The position numbers and the translations under genes were made by a program. This document shows positions 1 to 12,300 of a DNA stretch of 64,000 bases, one piece after another. Where the stretch lies: positions 2,418,001-2,482,000 of the forward strand of contig OX597828.1 of NCBI GenBank assembly GCA_951406725.2, in the 5' to 3' direction. The DNA comes from Octopus vulgaris (taxonomy: Eukaryota). The notes beneath the pieces were generated by a model. The model did no database searches. It was not told where the DNA came from and was given only the letters and a program-made list of their open reading frames with translations. The stretch's first letter is position 1. Every line of letters starts with the position of its first letter.

Positions 1-487
1 CATCATTCATCTTTAGATCAAGTAATTTTTTTCTGAGAGCAAAAAATTCCTGCTGCTTTTTCCATTCTCCGTCTTATCTATACAGTTTTTGCATATCTTT
101 TGATATCATGACATGGGTTTGTGTCATTCTTGGCTGGCAAAATAATGTCTAGCTAATAATGGTTTTCTTCCCATACTTTCAAATCAGCAATAGACTATTG
201 GATCCTTTTAACATCCCCAAACTCATGGGTCATTCTGTATCGTTTTTTTTTTTCTCTTCAAGGAATATTGCTACTGACATCTCATTCTTGTAAAAATCCC
301 TTTATGGTGGAAATCCACCAGCTAATTAACTTTCAGCTAATCAACTTTCAGCACCATCGTTCTTCACATTTGCTCTCAAACACTAATCTCTCCCATGTCA
401 GGCAATTGTAATACACCATATCACTGACTCTCTGGTAGTAATAAACAATTACTGGCAGATTTCAATGCTGGTTTCTGAATATATTTG

Positions 488-1804
488 TCAAGCAGGCAAA
501 CCACAAATCCCTTCAGGTAGATGGCCCTGCTTGATCTGCAGAAAAGGCGTAGGTAGAAACTGTATAAGATGTACTCAGTGTAAGCTATGGACACATAAGA
601 GGTGCAGCAATATCAAAGGGAGGCTAACTGGGAGGATAGCTTTTGTATGTGGCAGATGCTCGGGAGCAATAAACACTGAAAATGCACAGAGAACAACTTC
701 CGCCACATTCCAGGGAGAAAAACTACAAGTAGTTGATAGCTTCCGTTACCTAGGTGACCAAGTCAGTAGAGGGGGAGGGTGCACTGAAAGTGTAGCTGCT
801 AGAATAAGAATAGCCTGGGCTAAGTTCAGAGAGCTCTTACCTCTGCTGGTGATAAAGGGCCTCTCACTCAGAGTAAAAGATAGACTGTACGACGCATGTG
901 TATGAACAGCCATGCTACATGGCAGTGAAACATGGGCCTTGACTGCTGAGGATATGCGTAAGCTCGCAAGAAATGAAGCCAGTATGCTCCGATGGATGTG
1001 TAATGTCAGTGTGTATACTCGACAGAGTGTTAGTGCCCTGAGAGAAAGGTTGGACCTAAGAAGCATCAGATGTGATGTGCAAGAGAGACGACTGCACTGG
1101 TATAGTGATGTGGCGAGAATGGATGTGGATAGCTGTATGAAAAAGTGCCACACCCTAGCAGTTGAGGGAACCTGTGGAAGAGGTAGACCCAGGAAGACCT
1201 GGGATGAGGTGGTGAAGCATGACCTTCAAACATTGGGCCTCACCAAGGCAATGACTAGTGACCGGGACCTCTGGAAATATGCTGTGCTGCAGAAGACTCG
1301 GCAAGAACAAGTGTGGCCTATGCTAGAAGTGTAACCCGTCCACTTATGCGTGCCTTTTCTTCATTGGACACTAAACTCTGCTTATGAAGACCAGTTGGGG
1401 CAAGTGAAATTGAAGTCGAAATCAAACTCGGTGACTGGCATCCATGCTAGTGGAGTGCTAAGAGTACCATACGAGTGAGATCGTTGCCAGAGCAACAAGC
1501 TGGCCTTTGTGCCAATGGCACATTAAACACACCAGTTGAGCATGATCGTTACCGTGTCGCCTTACTAGCACTTGTGCTGGTAGCACGTGAAAAAAAGAAC
1601 ATTCGAGCGATGTCGTCGTCAGTGCCGCTGGACTGGCTCCTGTGCAGGTGGCACATAAAAAGCACTATTTGAGTGTGGCTGTTGCCAGTACCACCAAACT
1701 GGCCTTCATGCCGGTGGCATATCAGATTGGAGTCTGGTTTGCCAGACCTCAGTCAAATCGTCCAACCCATGCTAGCATGGAAAGCAGATGTTAAATGATG
1801 ATGA
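488..1804 (+). mobile_element. RTE-clade LINE, 5'-truncated, with in-frame stop
   Basis: ORFs 465-905 and 912-1334: C4HC3 finger, FRYLGD, RIRIAWAKFREL, MLHGSETWAL, RGRPRKTW; 3'UTR with internal repeats ending in (ATG)n. Confidence 0.92.
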
Positions 1805-2360
1805 ATGGATCAACTATACCAAGTATTGGGTAGTCAACACCTATTTGGCTTCTATCTTATATATCTTCCGCTCAGTATAGTTCATCATGTACCTGGCCAG
1901 CATACCTGCGGAAAATCTTGTATGAAGTGTTTAAATAAATGACTGGTCTTTACTCTTTTACTTGTTTCAGTCATTTGACTGCAGCCATGCTGGAGCACAA
2001 CCTTTAGTTGAATAAATGAACCCCAGGACTTATTCTCTGTAAGCCTAGTACTTATTCCATCAGTTTCTTTCTGCCGAATTGCTAAGCAATGGGAACATAA
2101 ATACACCAACATCAGTTGTCAAGCAATGGAGAGGGTACAAACACTAACACAGACAACAAACGCATACATACATACATTCATAAATATGATATATATATAT
2201 ATATAAACTAGAAAAAAAACACCTTTTATCAATTCAAAATGAAAAATTAAATTGCACCATCTAGAAAATTACATATAATAGAAAGTTTAAATATAAGATA
2301 AAAAATATAATGATGATTAAGTAATGTGCAAAATAATAAATAAAACATATATATTTGGTA

Positions 2361-2480
2361 GAATAATGACACGTGTTTCGTGGCTATATCTAAGAAATGA
2401 TTATAGTAAAAATATTAGTAGTAGTAGTAAAATCACTTCAATATAAATATAGCTACTTATCAGGTACTCATCAGGATAAC
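2361..2480 (-). ncRNA. Degenerate hammerhead motif (stem I lost, core duplicated)
   Basis: Minus strand CTGATGAgtacCTGATAA-gtagctatat...atatagccac-GAAA-cacgtg-TC; stems II and III are recognisable, stem I does not pair. Confidence 0.55.
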
Positions 2481-2602
2481 TACAATAATAAAATAATTCA
2501 TTAATAAATATACGTAAATAATCTTATAAAATATAAATATATTCTTTAAAATAGATATCTATATATGTATATCTATATATGTATATATATATATATATAT
2601 AT

Positions 2603-2958
2603 ATCATCATCATCATCGTCGTTAACGTCCGTTCTCCTGCTAGCATGGGTTGGACGGTTCGACGGTTCTGGGAAGCCGAAGCCACAGGCTCAGTCTAATC
2701 TGGCAATGTTTCTACAGCTGGATGCCCTTCCTAACGCCAACCACTCCGTGAGTGTAGTGGGTGCTTTTTACGTGCCACCTGCACAGGTGCCAGGCAGGGC
2801 TGGCAACGGCCACAGTCAGATTGGTGTATTTTATGTGCCACCGGCACGGAAGCCAGTCGAGGCGGTGCTGGCAAGCATGGGGCCTGGTCTTCAGGTCGTG
2901 CTACCTATACATATATACATATATATATACATATATACATATATATATACATATATAC

Positions 2959-3014
<56 letters not shown>

Positions 3015-3456
3015 TCATCATCATCATCATCATTTACGTCCGTTTTCCATGCTAGCATGGGTTGGACGGTTCAACTGGGTCTGGGAGCCCGAGGCTGCAC
3101 CAGGCCAGTCAGATCTGGCAGTGTTTCTACAGCTGGATGCCCTTCCAACGCCAACCACTCCGAGAGGTAGTGGGTGATTTTATGTGCCACCGACACAGGT
3201 GCCAGACGAGGCTATCGGATGGTGTTTTTATATAGGCTGGCAGACGGCCACGCTCGGATATGTGCCACCGACACAGGTGCCAGATGATATCGATGGTGTT
3301 TGTTCGTCCCCAAGCACGGAGGCCAGTCTATGCGGTACTGGCTACGGCCACGTTCGGATGATTTTCTTGTGTGCCACCGGCACTGGTCCACAAAGATACA
3401 AATTCCATTGATGTTCATCTATTTTGATTTGTTTTGATTTGATTTGATTTGATTTG

Positions 3457-3457
<1 letters not shown>
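2603..3457 (-). mobile_element. Two RTE 3'-end fragments inserted in (TA)n
   Basis: (CAT)n-aacgtccgttttccatgctagcatgggttggacgg...ctacagctggatgcccttcc at 2603 and 3012; reverse complement of the tail at ~1720-1804. Confidence 0.85.
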
Positions 3458-3522
<65 letters not shown>

Positions 3523-4368
3523 TACAAAATATAAATTAAGTGAAAACTAAATACAACACTTTAAACTATATACATTAAATCAAATTATTAATTAATATAT
3601 TAATTTAATAAACATCCAAATAAAGTTTAATACCCATTAAGCAATTAATACTAAAAACCTTAATATTAATTAATATACATAATGCTAGTACAAGCCATAA
3701 ATACTGGAATCAAAAATATGAAATGGTTCAAATATAGACACACCCATTATATAAACTAACTATACAATTAATATATATGTAGTATCTATAGATTTAATAT
3801 ATAACTCAATAATACAGTTGACCAAAATATCAATTAATATAAAAACTAATTTACTTAAATGTAATACTACTTGATAAATATACCACCTAATTATTAAATA
3901 ATGTATTGTCTAACAAAATTAATTCTCAAATTAAATTATATGTAATACGTTAAATCTCTTTATAAACACTAAGACCTATATATTTTTTTACGTTTAAAAT
4001 TCAATTATATTATTTTCATCGGACAAGCTAAGTAACGGCTTTTGCTTATAAATATTATTTGGCTTTTGAATTATATTGGGTTTGATTATTATTGCTGTTG
4101 AAATATTATTATTTTTATATATATTTTATTGATAGTTATAAGTTATGATAGTTATTAATTATGATATCTATTTATTTAGAATGCTTTATTATTATTTTTA
4201 TAAAGGGATTTAACGTATTACATATAATTTAATTTGAGAATTAATTTTGCTAGACAATACATTATTTGTATATATAAATTATCAATAATAATTCATTAAT
4301 AAATATACGTAAATAATCTTATAAAATATAAATATATTCTTTAAAATAGATATCTATATATCTATCTA

Positions 4369-4471
<103 letters not shown>

Positions 4472-4869
4472 TACAAAATATAAATTAACTGCTATTTCTA
4501 AATTTCGGTATGTGGTGAAGCAATTTTGCTAAACCCTAATTATAATTATGTTTATAATTATAATAATTTTTGTATAAGTTTACCAATAATGGTTCTTTTA
4601 ACATACCAAACTACTTGGTAAGATTATCAATTATAAATTGATTAATTAATATTACCCTTTATTATTATTGATATAATTCTCTCCCTGATAGTAAACTGCA
4701 GTTTCTGTGGGATTACTCGTAACGCACATGGGTGATTGGGAGAAGGTGCAAGCCCTAACTCGTCTGCATGAATTCAGAATACTGGTTTTTTGGATGTTAA
4801 TTTTGTTTGATGGCGCTTGGTCAAATAAATATCTTGATTACTAGTGCTCTCAAATTTATAACTGAAATC

Positions 4870-4936
4870 CTATACTGATGATGGAAATAAGGTATGAGTT
4901 ATTTTATATATTTTTAATCCAGAAACGCGTATATAG
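4870..4936 (+). ncRNA. Minimal type I hammerhead ribozyme motif
   Basis: ctata-CTGATGA-tgga...tcca-GAAA-cgcg-TA-tatag: stem I ctata/tatag, stem II tgga/tcca, palindromic stem III, GUA cleavage triplet. Confidence 0.8.
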
Positions 4937-5115
4937 TTAATCAAAGCCGGGTGGATTCGTTATTTTCCCTCTTTGCCTGTATGAGTTGAGAGTATTGCTG
5001 TCTGGGAGATATCTTATGGTAGCAGAATAGTATTTAACTGCTATTTCTAAATTTCGGTATGTGGTGAAGCAATTTTGCTAAACCTTAATTATAATTATGT
5101 TTATAATTATAATAA

Positions 5116-5175
<60 letters not shown>

Positions 5176-5373
5176 TTTAATAATATATTATTATTAATAT
5201 TAGGAAATCAATATCAAAACTCCTCAGAAAGATATATACGTGTGAAAAATAATCGTTGTATTAAAAATATATATAAATAAATATAACTATGTATAAAAAT
5301 ATATGTAAATATGTATAAGTATAAATATATAATGTATATGACAGTTTAAAAGTTTTGAATTAAGTATTTAAAG

Positions 5374-5465
5374 CATCTTACGATCGTTTCACAGAAGTGC
5401 TGTCCCTATAATGAAATCCTATATTGATAAGCATTTATAGACAACTCTTCTGCTCTTCAGAGATA
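5374..5465 (-). ncRNA. Minimal type I hammerhead ribozyme motif
   Basis: Minus strand tatct-CTGAAGA-gcagaag...cttctgt-GAAA-cgatcg-TA-agatg: stem I tatct/agatg, long stem II, palindromic stem III ACGATCGT. Confidence 0.82.
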
Positions 5466-5572
5466 TAAAATTTGAATTCTGTATAACATATCGAATAGTA
5501 GTTTTTTCTTTAAATTTGAAGTAATACTATAAAATATTATTTGTTTGAAAGATAAATTAAAAATTACTGCTT

Positions 5573-5900
5573 TTGATGCTATATGCATGTGAGACTTGGG
5601 CCTTGATGCAAAGAGAACATCTGCTTTTGGCGCAGAGAGATATGGAAAGTTCGATGTTGGGAATCTTGCTAAGAGATCACATTCAGAAAGAGGAGATCAG
5701 GGATAAAACTGGAGTAAAGGACATTGTCACACAATACCACCAGGTAAAGCTACAATGGGCTGGTCATGTCACAAGGTTCACCGGCAATTGGTGGACCCAT
5801 GTAGTTTCCGAGTGATACACATAGGAATGGAAGAGACCACTTGGAAGACCTCCAGTCAGGTGGGAAGATGATTTGAGAAACTTACAAAAAAAATTGGACA
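5573..5900 (+). mobile_element. RTE LINE fragment (second family)
   Basis: MLYACETWAL...LQWAGHVTR...KRPLGRPPVRWED with stops. Confidence 0.85.
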
Positions 5901-6343
5901 TGAATTAAGAGATGATATGGTTGGACAACATCCAAAGTATTGGCATAGTGGGCATTGGTAATAGGCATATAAAGTGGATGAAAGATCTATACTGAGTGAA
6001 AAGTGCCAAGACTTGCTATAAGAGGGTACATGTGCTAGTGCCAGACTAGAATCATTTGGACATAACTTGTTGAATATGGCAATGGTCAATCTCATAGATA
6101 AGAAAATACAGGACTGAAAGTATCTCGGAAATGTATTTAACTTGTGCAAGTTGTAGCAAAATACAAGTCAAAAATGACAAAAAAGAGGAGAAACGAAAAA
6201 AAGGAACAAGCAGAAAGAAAAGTCTTGTATCAATATAGCATTGCATATGAACGACAGGATTTGTTCATTCATTCATTTTAAGTCCCAATTGACACAGTGT
6301 CCTGTACATTTGTTAAGTTTTGATAATTAAACTTAAAACTCAC

Positions 6344-6503
6344 CTAAGCACATTACTGGCTCTTTAACTTTACACGTTGAAACATACTTCTGTCTTGGTG
6401 CTGCAACAACTCGGCAAGAAGTCGAGGAATTGCAAGTATAGTTTGATGGATCCAGCTGGTAACAAAACCTACATTCTAACTGCCTTTCAAATTTTTCTGG
6501 ACC
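6344..6503 (-). CDS. TM2D3: TM2D3 coding exon 3
   Basis: ttttcaaag| acceptor and G|gtgagt donor; 160 nt. GPEKFERQLECRFCYQLDPSNYTCNSSTSCRVVAAPRQKYVSTCKVKEPVMCLG matches TM2D3 CRFCWQL...C.NSTSC...PRQRY..C.V....CLG. Downstream TM2 exons not found in 1-6343. Confidence 0.95.
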
Positions 6504-6580
6504 CTTTGAAAATAGAAATATAAAGTTTAATATTAAGAAAACAATGTATAAGTTTATAAAATAGGATACATTATATATAC

Positions 6581-6720
6581 ATTAGTCTTCTACAAAAATG
6601 TTGTTGACAGTGACTTCAAAATTTCAGCCAGACAAGCCATAATTGGTCTGCAATCCAATGATGCCTTAGCTGGCCGAAACTCTGAAGTCATTGTCAACAA
6701 CATTTTTGTAGAAGACTAAT
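6581..6720. repeat. 140-bp imperfect palindrome (fold-back)
   Basis: attagtcttctacaaaaatgttgttgaca... / ...tgtcaacaacatttttgtagaagactaat, with a small central loop. Confidence 0.9.
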
Positions 6721-6787
6721 AAATTTGTACTTGACAAAAATATAGAGTAACCCATCAGATTAATTATAATTGAACATAAAAACAAAC

Positions 6788-7010
6788 ATCATCATCATCG
6801 TTTAACATCCGCTTTCCATGCTAGCATGGGTTGGACGATTTGACTGAGGACTGGCGAACCAGATGGCTGCACCAGGCTCCAATCTTGATCTGGCAGAGTT
6901 TCTACAGCTGGATGCCCTTCCTAACGCCAACCACTCTGAGAGTGTAGAGGGTGCTTTTACGTACCACCGGCACAAGGGCCAGTCAGGCAGTACTGGCAAC
7001 GGCCACGAAA
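6788..7010 (-). mobile_element. RTE 3'-end fragment
   Basis: Same (CAT)n...ccatgctagcatgggttgg...ggatgcccttcctaacgccaaccac tail. Further copies at ~11150-11345, 17030-17370, 35737-36040, 47004-47200, 47698-47900, 58520-58922 and 59669-59960. Confidence 0.85.
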
Positions 7011-8003
7011 AAATCGTATTTTTTATTTTTTTAATATATATATATCTGTGGACGAAGAGATGGTGGTAGGCAATTTAACATGGGAGTATTCTTAATTCTA
7101 CTTATTAATTCATGTTATCTACAACCAGATTATTTTGGAATGTTACTTGTTGTGAACTAGTTTCCTACCTGAAAGCTCTATGCCTCAACCACTTAATGTC
7201 ATCACACATCTAAATATGTCTTCAAAATCCCCATCCGACTGTTAAACATATTTATGTTTTAACATGGTCAAGGTTTAGGAAGTTGATAGCAATTGTAGCA
7301 AAGTACTTTGCTTGCTGCAGTGTTTTGGTGACTGTTATAAGTGAAATAAGAGAGGAGAGAGCTACTATGACCAGCAAACTCATCTCTTTTATGCGACATA
7401 ACAGATAGGTGATTGTAGTTTAAGAGTTTGTTTTGTTATTCAATAATTTTAGTAGACAGCAGCCAACCAAAGTATTAAATCAGTTTCTCAATCAGAAGTT
7501 ATTCCATTTTTGTGGATATGCTACGTTTAGATACTGAGACTTAGTTTAAAATATGTAGCCTTCATTTGAAAGGCAGTAGATAATTAATTAAATAAGATTT
7601 GATCATTACGTTGAGTTTGTTAATTAATTATGTAGAAGCTCCTTTAACACAAACAACTTCAAATCTACAAAATTAGAAAACCCTCAGTAAAACATAAATA
7701 GTACATCTATCCATGACCAGAGATGAACTTCTTTCTCGTCAACAATATAGCTTAAAACAAGGTAAATAAGTTACTGTTTTCTTTAGCAAAGACTTCATAA
7801 ATAACCATAAAGGCTTAAGCCAGTATGGTTAAGTATCTTGACCAAGAACACGATGTTTGCAGTGGGATGCACACTAACAACGTAATCTCTTATCCACACT
7901 GTAATTATTCCTTTTCAATTTTTATCTTTTTCCATCTTGAGTCAAATTAAGTTCATGGTTAAAATAAAAGACTGACCTGCCTTAATTTTATGATTTAATA
8001 GCA

Positions 8004-8846
8004 ATGATGATGATGATGATAACCCTTTTTATTACACGTAAAAGGCCTGAAATTTGCAGGGAGAGGATAGTTGATTACATCGACCCCAGTGTTTCAGTTA
8101 CAAAATTTATCGACCCCAAAAGGATGAAAAGCAAAGTTGACCTCAATGGAATCTGAACTCAGAATGTAAAGACGGATGAAATGGCATTAAACATTTTGCC
8201 TGGCACGCTAACGATTCTGCCAGCACCTTAATAATCCTTTCTACTATAGGCACAAAGCTAGAAATTTGGTGGGAGGGGTTAAGTCGATAACATTGACCCC
8301 AATACTCAGCTGGTACATAATTTAGGATGAAAGGCAAAGTCAACCTCAGCAGAATTTGAACTCAGAACAATGAAGACAGACAAAATACTGCTAAGCATTT
8401 TGCCCAGTGTGCTAATGATTGTGTCATCTCACTGTCTTCAGATCTCAACTGATTGGAAGTGTTATCATGTACATTGTTTTGTCTTGGTATAAAAGATGGG
8501 CAACAGCAAATATTCTGCTCAATACCAGGGATTTGCTTGTCAGTTGGTCCCACATTGGTCCCAGGGATCAACTGGTACTTATTTTATCGACCCCGAAAGG
8601 ACGAAAAGCAAAGTCTGCCACGGCAGAATTTGAACTTAGAATATGATGAGGGATGAAATACTACTAAGCATCATTTTGCCTGGCGCATTAATGATTCTGC
8701 CAGCTGGCTGATTTAACAATAATAATAATGCTTTCTATTATAGGCACAAGGCCTGAAATTTGGAGCGGGGTTGAACTCAGAATGTAGCAGCAGACAAATT
8801 ACTGCTAAGCATTTTGCCTGGTGTGCTAACAATTCTGCCAGCTCAC
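8004..8846 (-). mobile_element. Tandem array of about four tRNA-like SINE copies
   Basis: Repeated ...atcgacccc..aaggatgaaaggcaaagt.gacctc...gaatttgaactcagaa...aagcattttgcc.ggc..gctaacgattctgccagc. Other copies at ~16810-17020 (+) and ~42615-42795 (-). Confidence 0.8.
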
Positions 8847-8870
8847 AGCAGCAGCAACAACAATAATAAC

Positions 8871-8903
<33 letters not shown>

Positions 8904-8905
<2 letters not shown>

Positions 8906-9600
8906 CCTCATGCAGTACCAGGCAGTGGCTCTCATGGCTTCTGATCTTAACTGATTGGAAGTGTTATCATGTACATTGTTTTGTCTTGGTATAAAAGATG
9001 GTCTACAGCAAATATTCTGCTCAATACCACAGATTTACTTGTCAGTTGTTTGACCTTAACCAGTTGAGCATGTCCCTTAGTGGCTGACGATATGTGCATC
9101 TCTGATCACGAGCAGAAGTAGTGGGGGAGCATCATAGCCATGTGTTGAGAGGGATTCTTAGAGGTCTGAATAATTCACCTTTGGAAACATGGGTGTTTCG
9201 TTCATCATCCTAAAGCAACCCTTATTCAGGGACCTTTTGAGCAGGATAGGCTACTCGACCTGAAGAAAATTCTAACTGGGCCCCACCTGCAAGGTCATGC
9301 GCTGTTTATCTTGATATGAGATCACCATGTCGCGCACATATGGTTGTGATGCGTGTACCTAGTGTACCCTTATCAGACAGGTAGTCATGATGGGTATGCT
9401 GGGCTTTGTATATTTTACCCCAGTGTCACTTTGATGGCATGCACTGCTCTCTCACTCAATAATAATAATAATGGTTGTGATGCATGTGCCTGATGTACCC
9501 TTATCAGACAAATAGTCATGATGGGTATAATGGGCTTCGTATATTTTACCCCAGTGTCACTTTGATGGCATGCACTGCTCTCTCACTCAATAGTAATAAC
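8904..9600 (+). mobile_element. Repeat flanked by (AAT)n, probable 3'UTR of a (TAA)n-targeting non-LTR element, with partial 3' duplication
   Basis: Begins after (AAT)n and ends ctctcactc(aat)n at ~9470; 9472-9600 repeats 9341-9470; 8435-8545 repeats ~8938-9047. Confidence 0.6.
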
Positions 9601-9656
9601 AATATCAAAAAAGGAAAAGGATACCAGTAGAATATAAATACACCAAATTACATTAC

Positions 9657-9895
9657 CGTACAATTAATGAACTGCTTAGCTTTGCAGGTCACTGTGTGAA
9701 TTTGGCCATAAATACATGAACTACTGAAATTACAAGTGATGCAGTCTGGTCCCAGATCCTGACACAAGGTCAAGCTAGGGCACTGATGAATGTATGATTC
9801 TGTTACTCCATTATCTGTTTGTCCTTTGCTAGAGTTTGTGCTTGAAGTAGACTGTGTTCCTGGAGTGCTCAGGCCATCTCGACTGGAGCTCGGGA
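9657..9895 (-). CDS. TM2D3: TM2D3 coding exon 2
   Basis: ttttttaatacag| acceptor and |gtaatg donor; 239 nt. Translates (V)PSSSRDG...YIHQCPSLTLCQDLGPDCITCNFSSSCIYGQIHTVTCKAKQFINCT, matching the Cys pattern I recall for TM2D3 (CPSNGLCSRLPADCIDC...CTYG). Confidence 0.92.
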
Positions 9896-10509
9896 CTGTA
9901 TTAAAAAAAATTTGGAAACAATTTTTAAAATGTACAACTAAAATGACAACTAGAAGGGAATATGTAAATTAGCCAAACTGTTAATAACTATCTTTAAAAA
10001 TCTATTTAAAAGTCACTATGCCCACAGGTAGACAAACAGAGCCATTTGAATAACATGTTTCAAAACAATATCCCACATCTCTCTTTTATGCATGAATTCA
10101 CACTCATTGTTTTCACTTTCCTTATTTCACAATGGCTTATCTCCACAGAAATAGCCTCTCCCTCATAGTCTGATTTTCATTTGTTAAATCATTCATAGAA
10201 ATATAACTATGAAAGGTTATTGAAGGAAAAGAAAGTGTAAGAGAGAGGGACAACCCCAAATAAGCCAGAGAGAGAGAGAGAGAGCGAGAAAGAGAGACTA
10301 GCTGTTAAAGTTGACAATAATACACTGAGAAGAGTGATGAAGGCTATGGAGGGAGGGGAGGAAAGCAGCTGGATCATCAAGAATACTCCTGAGATACTGA
10401 AAATATCTGGCAAAGTAAGACATGTATTAATCAATCAGGTTATAGAGACAATGGCTGATGTAGCAGTATTGTAACCAACTGTTACAAGAACAAAGGAGAT
10501 GCCCAAGAA

Positions 10510-10751
10510 CAGTGGTTCTCAACCATCATTTTTTTTTCCTGAGTACCCGATTCATTTCTGTTTCATTTGAATGGAACCTCATAGTCATTTGATGTTTAAA
10601 AAAATTAATATATTTTTATAATTAAATATTATTAGGAATAATATAAACAAAATTGTTAAAATATTTTGTGTATAACCAATTTATTGCATGTAAATTTTAA
10701 TAAAATCTTATATGGACTGCAAGGGTCATATGGATCCAGCTGAGAACCGCA
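10510..10751. mobile_element. hAT-Charlie-type MITE
   Basis: cagtggttctcaacc...gctgagaaccgca termini; flanks cccaagaa/ctctagaa resemble an NTCTAGAN target site duplication. Confidence 0.65.
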
Positions 10752-11977
10752 CTCTAGAAAGAAGCTGGTACAAAGGCATCAATCAGATGGATCAAGTTAT
10801 AAGAGTAAAAAAGAAAATGAGTTGTAACACAACTAATTAATTAGGAAAACAATAAGCTTAGATCAAATGCAGTTCGGGTTTATTAAGAGAGGAGAAGAGC
10901 AGAAAGGCAGAGATTTTCCAATGTTGATGTTCTAGACTGCAAGACACTGAGAAATGTATGCTGTGGATAATGGTACAATTGCATTTAGGGATTCTGAAAA
11001 GAAAGGGGCATGATATCTTGTCACCACTATATCATAATGTGGGGTAACCATGTATCTCCTTATGTAGTGAGACATCTGTTCTTGTTCTTCTATTATACAT
11101 TAGCTTCTCAATACCTGGCATATTCCACCTCCCTCACTCAAGGCCTTTTTCTTTGTCATGCGAATTACTTGGCAATCTTATTAGTGCTGTACTCATTACA
11201 CTTTGCAAAGTGGTTGGTGCTAGGAAGAGCATCTAGCTGTAGAAAACATGCCAAACAGTCATTGGAGTTAAATATAGTCCTCTAGCTCAATGGATCTTGT
11301 TCAGCCATCCAGCCCATCCTAGTATGGAAGACAGGTGTTAAGTGATAATCATATACACACTTAGTCTTGCATGCATGTCTGTGTGTGTACACATGCATAC
11401 ACATATACTGTGTATAGTATATCTTGGATGTACAAATATATGCACAATTGCTACTGTTGAATTTAGAGCTCCATGTAGATTATCATCATCCAGTCTGTTC
11501 TCAGTATACTGGTTAAGTACTATGCTTAGTAGTATTACTAATTGTGATATACAAAGCAAATGTTGGAGAAATTAGGACAGGTTTATATCATTTGTTCCTA
11601 CATATATTTCACCATTATGGTTGTTTGGAGCTCTGTATTGGCTCCAAAAAGCTTACATCTACATGGAGGAGAGAGTGTTGTCACTCAGCAATGGGGAAAG
11701 TGGAAAAAGGACTGGACTAGAAACTAAAGAGGACTCAGGACTCAGAGGTGGCGAGTGGTGTTAGTGTGGGGTGAGTAACACACTTTTCATATTCTCATTT
11801 TCACGATATCATTCATGCTATCATAACTTTAATATTTTGATTTTATTTTTTCATGTTTATTTTCATGTGTCATTCATAGTATCATATTTTATTTTTATAT
11901 ATTTTTAATTGTTATATGTCTCCACATGTTTTGTAGTGTCCCCTCTATGTTATGCCTTTATGGCAAAATTTTGAAAT

Positions 11978-12300
11978 AAAGTAGCTTGCTTACTAACTAC
12001 ATAGTTCTAGGTTCAGTCCTACTGCGTGGCACCTTGGGCTGACCAAAGATATTTAGAAACTGAAAGAAGCCCGTCATATATATATATGTGTGTGTGTGTG
12101 TGTTTGAGTGTGTGTCTCCCCAACATCGCTTGACAACCGATGCTGGTGTGTTTACGTCCCTGCAAACTAGCGGTTCGGCAAAAGGCACCAACAGAATTAG
12201 TACCAGGCTTACAAAGAACAAGCCCAGGGGTCGACTTGCTCAACTAAAGGCAGTGCTCCAGCATGGCTGCAATCAAATGACTGAAACAAGTAAAAGATAG
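11978..12300 (+). mobile_element. tRNA-derived SINE (major family)
   Basis: ggttcagtcc.actgcgtggcaccttggg...gtgctccagcatggc..ca.tcaaatgactgaaacaagtaaaaga. Other copies at 1950-2180, 20585-21100, 22100-22460, 26505-26780, 29374-29784, 30185-30411+32376-32545, 34200-34585, 38625-38995 and 42082-42465. Confidence 0.88.

Noticed and set aside
746-1153. Antisense ORFs over RTE copies (also 40468-40788)
   Set aside because: Shadow frames of the LINE coding strand.
3985-4025. Minus-strand CCGATGA...AAACGTA motif
   Set aside because: Core is mutated, GAAA is absent and stems are unconvincing in very AT-rich sequence.
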